The notes under the pieces are model-generated. The model did not search any database and was not told the DNA's origin. It saw only the letters and a program-made list of their open reading frames with translations. From a phage: a stretch of 64,000 nt of DNA. Location of the stretch: sequence record OZ346212.1, one strand, 5' to 3'. How positions within the stretch are numbered: position 1 is the first letter of the stretch; every line of letters starts with the position of its first letter. The translations under genes and the position numbers were made by a program. Shown one piece after another: positions 1-9,997 of the stretch.

Positions 1-20
1 CCCTTTAAGGAGAACTGTAT

Positions 21-2444
21 ATGAGCATGTGGTCGTTCGACTTTGAGTCATCCGGTTTGCTGGAAGACCCAGATCTTTATTATCACTGCGGCCTGTTTAA
101 AGAGCTGAATAAGAACCGTTTTATGCTGTTCCTTCCTCTAAATGACCGCACACACTACTCCGAGGAGGATATAGAAAAGGCTAAGAACTTCATTCTGGCA
201 AAGAAAACTCTTTATAAAGATTTTGAAGTTCGCATAGCAGATTTTTCAGAGTTGGAAGGTTGGCTTACAGGAAATTCTGACTGGTCACCAACAGCTTTGA
301 ACTGCCATAACTGCTACAGTTATGACTTTATGCTGATGGAAAGATTATCTGGTATTCATTTTGATATGTTCCGTGATCCTAAGTGTATGGGGACTATCAA
401 CGATCACCAGGTTAACCTGTTTGATACGTTGGCGATGAGCCGAATCTTGTGGCCTGATCGCCCTTTACCAAAAGGTTGTCCGGACTCTGTATTCAACCCG
501 GTTACTAAGAAAATGCAGCCTGTTGGTCCTCACGGCCTTATGGCATGGGGCTACGCCCTTGGTAACCAGAAAGTTCAAATTGATGACTGGCGCGATCTTC
601 CGTTATGGAAGTATGTGGATCGTGTATTTGAGGACGTTATCATCCAGGAGCTGCTCTGGAAAGAGCTGGTAGCGGAATCAAAAGGTGTATTCTACGGCAA
701 ATCTGACATGCAGAACTTTATGTACGATCCTGCCAAAGAGAAGCCGAAAGGGTTCAAGAAGATCACCTGGAAGAACGCATTACGTCGAGGCATGTTGCAG
801 CACTTCCTGATGGAGCTGCAGGCCCGTCAGGGTGTATACTTCGACATAGATGGGGCTATTGCTTTACGTGACCGCTGCGATGCGTGGATGAAAGAGATCG
901 CTGATCGTGTTGAACCACAACTGCCTTTAAAAGAGCTGTCAATGTCTCAGCGGCCCAAGTTCCCTGAAAAGCCGTTTAACCAAGATGGGACAATCTCTAA
1001 TAATGGTTGGAAATGGTTAAAAGATAAGCTTGGCTATCCTGTGGACATGAGTGCTTTAGAGTTCAAAGCCCCACCTAAGCGAGCATTTACCTCTACAGGA
1101 GATGTCAGTAAGATGGGGATAAAATGGTGTGAAGAGATGGGCTGCAAAGACCACGATAAGATGGCTGATTTCTTGAGAGGTTATATTAAGGGCACCTCCA
1201 CACCACAACCTTTACCTAAAGAGCTGATGGATCAGGCAATAAGCGATCTGCAACAGAAGCGAATGCCTGACTGCAAGATACCTATGAAAATCAGCAATCA
1301 GGACGACATTAAGCGATACCTGATCAGTGCTGGTTGGCTTCCGACAATGTGGAGAACTAAGGATGTAACTAAGGACAGCAAGAAGAAAGCTCTACCTGAT
1401 GCAGATGTTGATGCACGAGTATATGCATACATGGACGAGCTTTTAGAGTCAGAGTATTGTGACCTAATTATCAACTTCTGGAACAAAACTGATGCTAAGT
1501 TTCAGACAACAGTGCACAAGTTCCGAAGCTTTCCTAACTCCGAAAGGATTAAAAAGGAAGTGTTCGGGAAAATACGCAGAAAAGCCAGGGCACTTATTAC
1601 TTCTCCGCAACTGAAAGATACGTTTGGACACCTATGTCCGAATCTTGAAAAATTGAACGGAGAGATGGCTAAAGATATCGTCTTGTGGTTATCATTGCGA
1701 AACCGCAGATCGGTCCTTGATCCAATCAAGGAGGATAAGGTTGATACTGGTCTTCTTAATCACCCACGTTTGAAGATTGACCATAAGCTTCCTGCTAAAA
1801 GCTCTGGATTAACAAACACTTCCCGACAGAAACACAGTATTTGTGCAAACATGCCTAAACCATCTCCTAAAGTGGTTATGGGTAAAGAGATGCGTAGCTT
1901 GTGGGGTGTTCCTCCTGGATACTTTGAGATCGGTATTGACGGGTCCAACTTAGAGCAGCTTATCGGGGCTTGGGGTGCCTTTGAGTTCGACAACGGCTTG
2001 TACTATGATGTTGTAAGTAACGGGGACGCACACCAAAACAATGCTGAGGCATATACAAAAGTAGCAGGCAGAGAGGTGTCTCGTAACGACGGTAAACCTA
2101 TCACGTATGGGGTTATGTACGGGGCACAAAAAGATAAAGTTGCAGATATGCTGGATATCTCCCCAGAGTTGGGGCAAAGGGTGATCGATGCACTTTGGGA
2201 TGCCAACCCAGGTCTTAAGGGGCGCAAAGAGGATCTGGAGAAATTCTGGGAAGCAACAGGTAAGAAGTTTATCTACTCTTTTGATGGTCATGCTATCTGG
2301 ACCCGATCTAAACACTCTTTACTTAATGCATACCAACAAAATGGCGGCGCATCGTTGTGTGACTTAGTTGGGATACTCATGCACCATCAAATGGTGAAGC
2401 GTGGGTGGTACGATGAAGGTGTTCGTCGTATTATCTATTACCAT
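21..2444 (+). CDS. DNA polymerase, family A (T7 gp5-like), exon 1: 3'-5' exonuclease domain plus polymerase motifs A and B
   Basis: AAGGAG SD then ATG 21; N-terminus SFDFESSGLL...YHCGLF resembles T7 DNAP Exo I; motif A-like IDGSNLEQL and motif B-like RNDGKPITYGVMYG; frame closes one codon after ...RRIIYYH, exactly where motif C (HDE) is expected. Confidence 0.8.
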
Positions 2445-3286
2445 AAATAACATTGTGGCTTCGTGCAGTGATGCACGTCGAAAACCTCTTTAATTGACGG
2501 GAAGGCTAAGTTGACTTTTACACCTAAACATGGTAAAAGCTCAATATGCTAATCCGCAGCGAAGACTAAAGGGGTGTAGTTAAAATGGCTAGATCAGTTG
2601 AGTATCACGGATATACCGTGTTTGATGATGGAACAATACCTTTATCGAAACGTGATCATACAACAATGTTTTGTTTTGATAATGGTCGAGGTTACCTTTG
2701 CGTAACCATGTTCATCGAGGGGAAGCAGTGCACAAAAGGTGTCCACCACTTGGTTGCTGAATGCTTTGTATCAAACCCTGATCCTGAAAGGCTCACATGG
2801 GTGAACCATAAGGACGGAAACAAATACAACAATGCATACTGGAACCTTGAATGGACCACCCCTGGTGGAAATATCAAACACGCTTATGATAATGACCTCA
2901 GAGTAAGGCCAGTCGGTGAGTATAATGCCAACGCTGTACTGACCGAGGATGAGGTAACGGAGATTTGCGAACTGTTACAAAGTGGTTTACGACAATGCGA
3001 GATTAGGGATCTTGGGTATCCTTATGAGACGGTCAGAGCCATAAAGCAAAGAAGACAGTGGAAACATATCTCTAAAAACTACACCTGGTAGTAACGTTCA
3101 GAGACTATCGAAAGCATAGCGCCAACATAAATTGGTGCGAAGAAGCGAGTAGAGTAGACCAGCAAGTGCGGTCGAAATGGGAGGTGCCTTGGTAACAAGG
3201 TAGTGAGATAGTCCGATCCATACAGGAAACTGTATGGCTGTGCACGTAATGGTGCGGGGTAGCTTAACGACCTACCTGAACTATTG
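2445..3286 (+). mobile_element. putative group I self-splicing intron in the DNA polymerase gene (boundaries approximate)
   Basis: Last exon-1 nt is U, last insert nt is G; joining 2444|3287 restores ...YYH|DEYQLQV (motif C); insert carries a free-standing HNH ORF flanked by 140 nt and 195 nt of non-coding sequence. Confidence 0.55.
2585..3091 (+). CDS. HNH homing endonuclease (intron-encoded)
   Basis: HNH signature HHLVAECF...VNHKDGNKYNNAYWNLEW; complete ORF lying inside the interrupted polymerase gene. Confidence 0.8.
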   Translation: MARSVEYHGYTVFDDGTIPLSKRDHTTMFCFDNGRGYLCVTMFIEGKQCTKGVHHLVAECFVSNPDPERLTWVNHKDGNKYNNAYWNLEWTTPGGNIKHAYDNDLRVRPVGEYNANAVLTEDEVTEICELLQSGLRQCEIRDLGYPYETVRAIKQRRQWKHISKNYTW

Positions 3287-3640
3287 GATGAGTACCAACT
3301 TCAAGTCCCTGACACACCGAAGTATAAGACTGTGTACACCTTCGACACAATCGAAGAACTGGAAGCATTTAAGGCAGAGCAGGAGGCCAAACTTCATGTG
3401 TTCGACGGTCATAAGTACAAAAAGGCACGCAAGGATGAGGACGGAAACGAAGTGGTTGACAGAGACGGAAACACGGTGTACGATCCTATCCTGAACGATG
3501 ACGGAAAGCTTGAACTTATCTGGAGCCCTGTGGGTGAAATGGTGGTGCATTGCTTCTGGCAAGCTTCTAAAATGATGGGCGTCCCGTTCCAGATCACGGG
3601 TGAATACCTGTGTGGTCGTAATTGGGGTGATTGTCACTAA
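3287..3640 (+). CDS. DNA polymerase exon 2 (motif C to C-terminus)
   Basis: Frame reads DEYQLQV... supplying the missing HDE; C-terminus ...GEYLCGRNWGDCH parallels the T7 DNAP C-terminus ...GKMGPNWAICH. Confidence 0.7.
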   Translation, partial: DEYQLQVPDTPKYKTVYTFDTIEELEAFKAEQEAKLHVFDGHKYKKARKDEDGNEVVDRDGNTVYDPILNDDGKLELIWSPVGEMVVHCFWQASKMMGVPFQITGEYLCGRNWGDCH

Positions 3641-3689
3641 TGTAAACTATCAACACATGGAAGTGTTGTTGAGCAAAGAGGAGACTTTT

Positions 3690-3974
3690 ATGGTAGTAGA
3701 ACCAACAAAAACATTTACATCCATGACTATCCCTGTTATTATGCAGGTGGAGTGTGTTCAGGTATCTCAAGTGTGGCCTGGCACCAAAATCCCGACAGGG
3801 CCTGATTTCTTTCAGGTTGGCAAAGTGTACAATGTCTGGAAGGCACCAGATTGTTACCCTTTCATCAAAGATGACCGTGGGATGCTGTGGTATCTTGGAA
3901 ATGATTTGACACTGCACCTTGGGAATGCTATTATTGCAGTATTCAGACTTAACAAGAAGGAGACTGATCAATGA
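3690..3974 (+). CDS. hypothetical protein
   Basis: ATG 3690 preceded by AAGAGGAG; longer track ORF (from 3600) would overlap the polymerase 3' end. Confidence 0.5.
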   Translation: MVVEPTKTFTSMTIPVIMQVECVQVSQVWPGTKIPTGPDFFQVGKVYNVWKAPDCYPFIKDDRGMLWYLGNDLTLHLGNAIIAVFRLNKKETDQ

Positions 3975-4198
3975 CGACTTTGGTTAAAGCTACCTTTGTA
4001 GAAGAAAAGATGACAGACCTGTCATTCTTTAAAGAAGGAAAGACCTACGAGGTTTATTACGATAAAGCTCGTGCAAATAAAATGATTAAAGACGAGGAAG
4101 GGGTTGCCTGGTTTATCTCCCATCTGGCAAACGGTGAGTATCATATCTACGGAACCACCCTGCTTGCCAAGTTTGTAGCTGTTGAAGAGGACCTATGA
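3971..4198 (+). CDS. hypothetical protein (75 aa)
   Basis: Track ORF, start overlaps upstream stop (ATGA), co-directional compact packing. Confidence 0.55.
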   Translation: MTTLVKATFVEEKMTDLSFFKEGKTYEVYYDKARANKMIKDEEGVAWFISHLANGEYHIYGTTLLAKFVAVEEDL

Positions 4199-4389
4199 AA
4201 GTAAAGTATCTGGCTGAGGGTATGAGTAGGTATTTCACCCTTGGTGAAGAATATTGGCCATTTACAAGCAACGGCGATGTCTACGTGAAAGATAATTTCG
4301 GCACGCCATGGTTTTTGCACCCTAACGGGTTAGGGTATTCTATTTATCGCAGTGCAATGAGCGACACAACCCTTGCAGAGTTTGTATAG
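4195..4389 (+). CDS. hypothetical protein (64 aa)
   Basis: Track ORF, ATGA overlap with upstream gene. Confidence 0.5.
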   Translation: MKVKYLAEGMSRYFTLGEEYWPFTSNGDVYVKDNFGTPWFLHPNGLGYSIYRSAMSDTTLAEFV

Positions 4390-4399
4390 AGGAGGTAGA

Positions 4400-4771
4400 A
4401 TGTTAGTAAAAGGTACTCACACAGTCAAACAACGTATCGAAGTTGAGATCGATGACTGCGAGCTGAAGCATATTTTACGGTCATGTTCCAACGTTTTGCT
4501 CCTTAGTATTCTCCAGGAGCGAGCGGAGAACGAGTTCTTAAATGCACTGGCAGGCCGCCCTGGTGATTTCTGTGTGCGTAAGCGTGGTGACAACAAGTCA
4601 TGGCTGTGGGAGATAGACGCAGAATGGGATTACCATAAAAATGAGGGTATAGATGAACCTATTCGTGAATTGACGGACAACGAGGTTCAGATGTACAATG
4701 AAGTTTGTCAGTGGGCAAAAAGTCAACAAACTTATCTTGATCCTTGGTGGATGATCGAAAATAGTCGTTGA
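4400..4771 (+). CDS. hypothetical protein
   Basis: Internal ATG 4400 preceded by GAGGAGG; track ORF starts 4373. Confidence 0.55.
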   Translation: MLVKGTHTVKQRIEVEIDDCELKHILRSCSNVLLLSILQERAENEFLNALAGRPGDFCVRKRGDNKSWLWEIDAEWDYHKNEGIDEPIRELTDNEVQMYNEVCQWAKSQQTYLDPWWMIENSR

Positions 4772-4847
4772 CAGGAAGTAAGATTAGATATAAGATGCTT
4801 CACACAAACAGAGCGTTGATTGTTTAACACTTAAGGAGACCGCTAAG

Positions 4848-5102
4848 ATGAAAATTACTCTGAAGCCAGAATGCGTTGAAAATGACCGAGCTTTTAAAGA
4901 TTGCACAATCGGTGCAATTTATGAAGCAGAGTTTTGTGAGAACCCTTTGGTAAAAGCCCTTCTGGAAGAAGGAGCTCCTCTATCACAGGAAGAGCTTGAT
5001 GAGTTGGAAAACTCAGCACAGTGCCTTACCTTTAAAGATGATGAAGGAGACTCTGTCTGGTGCACTGTTAATGAAGTAGTTTTTGTAAAACCTGAACATT
5101 AA
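4848..5102 (+). CDS. hypothetical protein, paralog of 5166-5438
   Basis: SD AAGGAG; shares AF(K/R)DCT...KDD(E/Q)GD...C(T/C)T motifs with the next gene. Confidence 0.6.
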   Translation: MKITLKPECVENDRAFKDCTIGAIYEAEFCENPLVKALLEEGAPLSQEELDELENSAQCLTFKDDEGDSVWCTVNEVVFVKPEH

Positions 5103-5105
5103 TGC

Positions 5106-5134
5106 TTGACAACAGTCATAGGGCCTACTATAAT
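5106..5134 (+). promoter_or_regulatory. sigma70-type promoter (TTGACA-17-TATAAT)
   Basis: Perfect -35 and -10 hexamers with 17-nt spacer upstream of gene 5166. Confidence 0.6.
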
Positions 5135-5165
5135 GGCCCTATCAAAACGAAAGGGGACCACAGCA

Positions 5166-5438
5166 ATGACCAAACAATATCAACGAATTAAAGCCAAGGT
5201 TAAGCCAGACTATCTGGAGAAGGACTCTGCTTTTCGGGACTGCACAGCTGACAAAGTTTACACAGGGGCCGTCCTGTTGAACGATGAACTTGAAGTAGAT
5301 ATTCTGGGTAAAGAGGCCACTATTAAGGACGACCAAGGCGATTATGTTTGCTGCACCACACGTGAGCTAGAAATCTTAGAATACTTCGGTGAAATCTTCA
5401 CCTCTCTTGATGATTACTTAGATGATGAGGAAGCGTGA
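5166..5438 (+). CDS. hypothetical protein, paralog of 4848-5102
   Basis: ATG 5166 downstream of consensus promoter; track ORF start at 5106 is the -35 hexamer itself (TTG). Confidence 0.6.
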   Translation: MTKQYQRIKAKVKPDYLEKDSAFRDCTADKVYTGAVLLNDELEVDILGKEATIKDDQGDYVCCTTRELEILEYFGEIFTSLDDYLDDEEA

Positions 5439-5827
5439 TGAAAAATATTTGGGATATCGATATCTTTGAAGCCTCTAAGCTTGATGGTGCTGATGGAGTG
5501 ATTATGGTGTCTGATGGCAAAGCAACACTAACTTCCGGAGATATCATCTATGCCTTGGACGAGCTGGCGCTTCTGAAATCTACCGGTAACACTTTAGAGG
5601 AGCGTCTTCAAGGCTTCGCCTTCAAAGAAGGCACAAATACCGCCATGATGTGCACCACACGGACAGTTCAAGTTGGTAACGGTGTCTATATGATCATTGC
5701 TGTGTGTCCTAAATTCAGCAACGTCAACAAAGATGATGCTGACGCTGTCAACGATGTGGTTGTTCTCTTCGTGGGTGACGCTATGGCAGATCTGATGAAT
5801 GCAGGAGAAGCAGCAAATGAAGACTGA
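5435..5827 (+). CDS. hypothetical protein (130 aa)
   Basis: Track ORF, ATGA overlap with upstream gene. Confidence 0.55.
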   Translation: MMKNIWDIDIFEASKLDGADGVIMVSDGKATLTSGDIIYALDELALLKSTGNTLEERLQGFAFKEGTNTAMMCTTRTVQVGNGVYMIIAVCPKFSNVNKDDADAVNDVVVLFVGDAMADLMNAGEAANED

Positions 5828-6119
5828 AAACATCACCCCCGCAGGGTTCTTAAAAGTATACCGTGAACTGCTATATACTACAGAGGACAGTGTTCTAGAG
5901 TATCCAGAATATCTTTTGCTGTATAAGTATCTGCAGGAGGCTGGTGAAAATCTGCCAGTTAGTGCAGAAGGTGGTCCGAACTGGATATACAGCGCATGGA
6001 GAAAGGTTGACATTCTCCCAGATCCGGGTAAAGATATGGTAGTTTGGCAGCTTATCAACAACATCGGGATTCCAATCTTTGATGAAGCTGTTAAAATCTA
6101 TTTTGAACTTGACGATTAA
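5817..6119 (+). CDS. hypothetical protein
   Basis: Internal ATG 5817 after AGGAGAAG; avoids overlap with previous gene. Confidence 0.5.
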   Translation: MKTENITPAGFLKVYRELLYTTEDSVLEYPEYLLLYKYLQEAGENLPVSAEGGPNWIYSAWRKVDILPDPGKDMVVWQLINNIGIPIFDEAVKIYFELDD

Positions 6120-6136
6120 TATCAGGAGACCTTAAG

Positions 6137-6382
6137 ATGGCTGAAGTAGTTGCTCGCGCAGGACAGAAAGTACGTTGTGTGGAAGTAGGTTTTGGTGGCA
6201 AAGGGTGTCAAAACTTGACTCAAGGTAAGGAATACGCTGTTATTTCTGGTGGTGGCGACGAGAGTATTGTGTTCGAGGGCCACATCCTGGATGCTGAAAA
6301 CTTTGAAATCTTTGACGACGATGGAGATCCGATCACCTGCCTGCTGGACGGGAATTGGGGAACTTTCGAAGTGATTGGCTAA
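6137..6382 (+). CDS. hypothetical protein (81 aa)
   Basis: SD AGGAGA upstream; Gly-rich small protein. Confidence 0.55.
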   Translation: MAEVVARAGQKVRCVEVGFGGKGCQNLTQGKEYAVISGGGDESIVFEGHILDAENFEIFDDDGDPITCLLDGNWGTFEVIG

Positions 6383-6465
6383 CAAATACCTATTGTAATT
6401 TACAGAAGGGGATGCTAAAATAGTGTCTCCTTCTATGTTGTTCAAATAAAATCGGAGATTCCATA

Positions 6466-6831
6466 ATGGAACAAATGAACGATCAAGCGTCGGTTGCGAT
6501 GAACGAGCAAGAACAACCTCAAGAATTTTTCTTAGGGTTAAGTAAAGATCAAGTGTCTCTTCTGCTAGTGCTTTCTTCTTTCATGGGAAGACTTCAGGAG
6601 CTCACACAACAGCCAGAGGCTGAACAATTATTCCAAGCTTTGCGTGAAGAAGAAAAATATCGTCGTTTGGACTATGCCTTAGGTTGGGTAGCTCAACAAC
6701 GAGATATGCTGATGGCCCTCTCTGGGACCACAAGTTTTGCAATGGGGCTGTTGGCTCAAGTTCAGGACAAATTAATTCAAGCAGGGTTTGCACACACGGC
6801 AAACACTAACGAAGAACAAGGAGACAAATAA
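6466..6831 (+). CDS. hypothetical protein (121 aa)
   Basis: Track ORF with SD-like GGAGA upstream. Confidence 0.55.
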   Translation: MEQMNDQASVAMNEQEQPQEFFLGLSKDQVSLLLVLSSFMGRLQELTQQPEAEQLFQALREEEKYRRLDYALGWVAQQRDMLMALSGTTSFAMGLLAQVQDKLIQAGFAHTANTNEEQGDK

Positions 6832-8057
6832 TGAGCGTTATTCAACAATTCGCTAACCCGATGAATCCGCGTGAAACTGTTTTACTGGCTCACGGCATGA
6901 TTAAACGTGTCAGCATCAAGCCTATCAAAGGTGCTGATCCTACAACAGGTATTAAAACCACTGTGTGGCAAGGTAAGAAAATTGAATCCAGCCACACCAT
7001 CTCTTTACTGATTTCTGAACTGGATTCCTCTGATAACCTGCTTCAAGGTGGTGAAGAAGTTTGGATCAGCATGGGTGATAAGCTGCTTAAACCTGGTCAT
7101 CAAGACTCTGTCTCTGTTAAAATTGATGACAAGTGGGAAACCGTAACGCCGGGATGGATCGTAAATATTCCTTTGAAGGCAAACGAGCATAACGGTAAGA
7201 CCTATTACAAAGGCTCACTGGCTAAGATGGTCAAGCTGGGTGCAGGAGAGGCTCCAGCAGCGACTCAGCAGCAAAAACAGCAACAAGGTGCACAATCACA
7301 AGGCCAGAAGCAGAAACCTCAGCAGAATGCCAATCAGGACGTTTTACGCATCTATGGTGATGTGACTCAGATTGTTGGCAACGTGGTTACTGTTAATGAC
7401 CACAAGATTGGCGAAGGTGCTATGGTTGTAACTGATGAGCAGCTTAAAGACCTGGTGGTAGGTGGTCGTGTTGCAGCCATTGTTGACAAAGACACCGGAA
7501 ACATTATCAGTGGTTTCAAGGCCTATCCTCCTAAGGCAGAGAACGGCACTCAAGGCTCTGGTGGCAAGCGTAAATCCTCTTACGACCCTATCGGTGTGGA
7601 AACGGGGCATAGCATCAATGCGTTGCAGATCATCCTGGATCGCGGGTTTAAGGTAGACGACCCACTGGGCGTGGCTAAAACACTGCACGTAGTCACCATT
7701 GAGCTTAAGAAAGAGTATGCTCAAGCCACCAACCGAGCTGAAGATGAAGTAGGTGCCAGTGTCGGTAATGCGGTGTTGAACGCTTGTCGCCGTATTGACA
7801 AGAAAACGAAAGTTGATGATTTTGCAGTGGCAATTACTGCAGAAGCAAAAGATGTCTTGACTAATCTAGCTGAGCCGTTGTACGATTGGATCAAGAACGG
7901 TGCTGAGTCCACTGACCATCAAGAACCTCAGGCTGCCAAACAGGAAGCAGCTCCACAGCAAAACACTGTAGACGCTCCTCCTGTAAATGATGCGGAAGAT
8001 GACCCAATGGATCAGAATCCAGCACAGTACGTCTTTGATGATGACATCCCATTTTAA
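6831..8057 (+). CDS. putative ssDNA-binding-like protein with SSB-type C-terminal tip
   Basis: Ends ...YVFDDDIPF*, identical to the E. coli SSB interaction tip; internal Q-rich low-complexity linker (QQQKQQQGAQSQGQKQKPQQ). Confidence 0.45.
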   Translation: MSVIQQFANPMNPRETVLLAHGMIKRVSIKPIKGADPTTGIKTTVWQGKKIESSHTISLLISELDSSDNLLQGGEEVWISMGDKLLKPGHQDSVSVKIDDKWETVTPGWIVNIPLKANEHNGKTYYKGSLAKMVKLGAGEAPAATQQQKQQQGAQSQGQKQKPQQNANQDVLRIYGDVTQIVGNVVTVNDHKIGEGAMVVTDEQLKDLVVGGRVAAIVDKDTGNIISGFKAYPPKAENGTQGSGGKRKSSYDPIGVETGHSINALQIILDRGFKVDDPLGVAKTLHVVTIELKKEYAQATNRAEDEVGASVGNAVLNACRRIDKKTKVDDFAVAITAEAKDVLTNLAEPLYDWIKNGAESTDHQEPQAAKQEAAPQQNTVDAPPVNDAEDDPMDQNPAQYVFDDDIPF

Positions 8058-8119
8058 CATTTAGTTAACATAGCCCTGCCAGAAAGGGTGGGGTATTTTT
8101 GTATAAGGAGATCTAAAAA

Positions 8120-8536
8120 ATGACATTAGAAGATATCATTGTTAAACCTGAGAACTATGACCAATACAACCTGTCAACTCAATCTGTAGACCTTGGATGC
8201 GCCACGGTCAGTGCGTGGCTGGTTAACGGAAAAGAGCTGGATAAATGCTTAGAAGCTCACATGTCTATTAACAAGTTTCTGGATGAAAATACTCACTGGC
8301 TTGAGGGTGCAGGAGTATATGCTTCATGGTTGGAAAGTATGGGATTCGACTACCAATCTGAAGAAGGGTGGTGGAGCTATTTAGCTATCTGCCCAGAGAC
8401 GCTGCAATGCTTCATGAAATATTCTGAAGATTTGGAGTACCGGGCGGTGGTTGATAGTGCTATTGCCCGTTATAGCCGTAAACCTTTTTCCCACGACATT
8501 AAAACTGTGGAAGAGTTTGTTGAAGTTTTCTGTTGA
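8120..8536 (+). CDS. hypothetical protein (138 aa)
   Basis: SD AAGGAG upstream of ATG. Confidence 0.55.
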   Translation: MTLEDIIVKPENYDQYNLSTQSVDLGCATVSAWLVNGKELDKCLEAHMSINKFLDENTHWLEGAGVYASWLESMGFDYQSEEGWWSYLAICPETLQCFMKYSEDLEYRAVVDSAIARYSRKPFSHDIKTVEEFVEVFC

Positions 8537-8632
8537 CACAGGTGGAAAGGTGTGCAATTATAACTTCATAGAACGGGAGGACGTGATGAACGAAGAAAAC
8601 TGGGATGTATAACTAACAGGAGGCCACTGCCC

Positions 8633-8830
8633 ATGATTTATCGAATCCGTGTAAGAGAAGATGCACCAGGCTGTTACTTTGACTGGCGTGGGTGGTGGTT
8701 TCTCCACCCAATGGATGGACTCACAGATAGAATGCTGGATGCTGCCCTTTATACAGATACCGACATAGAATATAATCTCTATCTGAAGGACGGTATAGAT
8801 AACGGCCTGTTTGAAGCAATTCCTGTGTAA
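8633..8830 (+). CDS. hypothetical protein (65 aa)
   Basis: SD AGGAGG upstream; preceded by TTGACA promoter-like hexamer at about 8546. Confidence 0.5.
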   Translation: MIYRIRVREDAPGCYFDWRGWWFLHPMDGLTDRMLDAALYTDTDIEYNLYLKDGIDNGLFEAIPV

Positions 8831-8898
8831 GAGACTGTAATAGCTATGTTTTATGATCTTCCTGTAGCACCACCACCTGTTGAACCCGGAGAACTAAG

Positions 8899-9324
8899 AT
8901 GATCTATGAAATGCCAAAACTGATTCGTGACGATGCCCAAAACGCCCACACCTTTATCATGGGCAAGCGCATGGATATTATTTGTCATAAAGATTTCTGG
9001 GAAGGTAGTTACTTCACAGAATATTTTGGTAAACTGGATAATGGTCTGCTGATCCAGTTCTACACCGATGCGGAAAACAATATCTGCTGGGAGTTCGAAA
9101 CTGAAGATATCCATAAACTTTTCACCTTCCTAGGTATTAAGGTTGAGGCCAAGTTTGAAGAAGGCGAGTGCGACGATTGTGGATTCTACGAGGTAACAGA
9201 TTTCTATCTCCCAAGTGGTGAGAACCTTTACTATGAAAGCCACTTCGGCAACTCAAATATGCCACAAGGTTGGGATGAGTTTTTTGAAATTGCGGAAGAG
9301 GAGCTGACATACCGTGATTATTGA
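8899..9324 (+). CDS. hypothetical protein (141 aa)
   Basis: Track ORF, SD-like GGAG upstream. Confidence 0.55.
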   Translation: MIYEMPKLIRDDAQNAHTFIMGKRMDIICHKDFWEGSYFTEYFGKLDNGLLIQFYTDAENNICWEFETEDIHKLFTFLGIKVEAKFEEGECDDCGFYEVTDFYLPSGENLYYESHFGNSNMPQGWDEFFEIAEEELTYRDY

Positions 9325-9772
9325 TACTGTAGCGGGAGATTTAATCTCCCTTTTTAAGAGCGGTGCTGGTCACCTGATCCACGGTTGTAACTGCTTTCAT
9401 ACAATGGGTGCAGGCATAGCGAAAGATATTGCCCGTGAGTTCCCTCAAGCACTGGCAGCCGACAAAGAGACTGCCTATGGTAATCTGGACAAGCTGGGTA
9501 TGTTTTCTTGTTGGGAGCATTTTGCCAAGAACAGGGTCGTATATGGAATCAACCTGTATACCCAGTTCTACCCAGGGCCCAATGCTGAATACTTCTCAAT
9601 AATGAAAGGTTTTGAGCGAGTCAACGAGGTATTCAAAGGTGTGTCATTGCCGTTCTACATTCCTAAAATTGGATGCGGTATTGGCGGTCTAAAGTGGGAA
9701 CATGTAGAAGATGTAATTAATCTTGCAACCACAGATATTGATGTGGTTGTAGTAGAGTACAAAAAGTGTTGA
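9314..9772 (+). CDS. macrodomain protein, TARG1/OARD1-like (putative ADP-ribose hydrolase)
   Basis: GDLISLF...HGCNCFHTMGAGIA and IPKIGCGIGGLKWEHV align with human TARG1 GDLF...HCISEDCRMGAGIA and MPRIGCGLDRLQWENV. Confidence 0.7.
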   Translation: MIIDTVAGDLISLFKSGAGHLIHGCNCFHTMGAGIAKDIAREFPQALAADKETAYGNLDKLGMFSCWEHFAKNRVVYGINLYTQFYPGPNAEYFSIMKGFERVNEVFKGVSLPFYIPKIGCGIGGLKWEHVEDVINLATTDIDVVVVEYKKC

Positions 9773-9826
9773 CGACCATCTTCTGAGGTGATATAGTTTC
9801 CACAACAACTAAGAGAGGAGAGCACT

Positions 9827-9997
9827 GTGGAGACTAAAATCTTAATTCTTGCTGTGGTAGATACAACCGAAGGAGCTATATTCGAATCTGCAGGGGGGTA
9901 TTTCTACCTACCATACGGAAAAAGAACTTCCGAGCCAAGTAAAGATTCAATCCTCAAGGTGTTCCCGTGTGCTTTCTGGCTGGAGATTTTGGTATAA
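9827..9997 (+). CDS. hypothetical small protein (56 aa, GTG start)
   Basis: Strong SD AGAGAGGAGAG 6 nt before GTG; below track size cut-off. Confidence 0.35.
   Translation: METKILILAVVDTTEGAIFESAGGYFYLPYGKRTSEPSKDSILKVFPCAFWLEILV

Noticed and set aside
1298-2315. Five minus-strand track ORFs (62-121 aa) inside the DNA polymerase gene
   Set aside because: Antisense to a long, motif-supported CDS; no SD; low-complexity translations. Treated as shadow ORFs.
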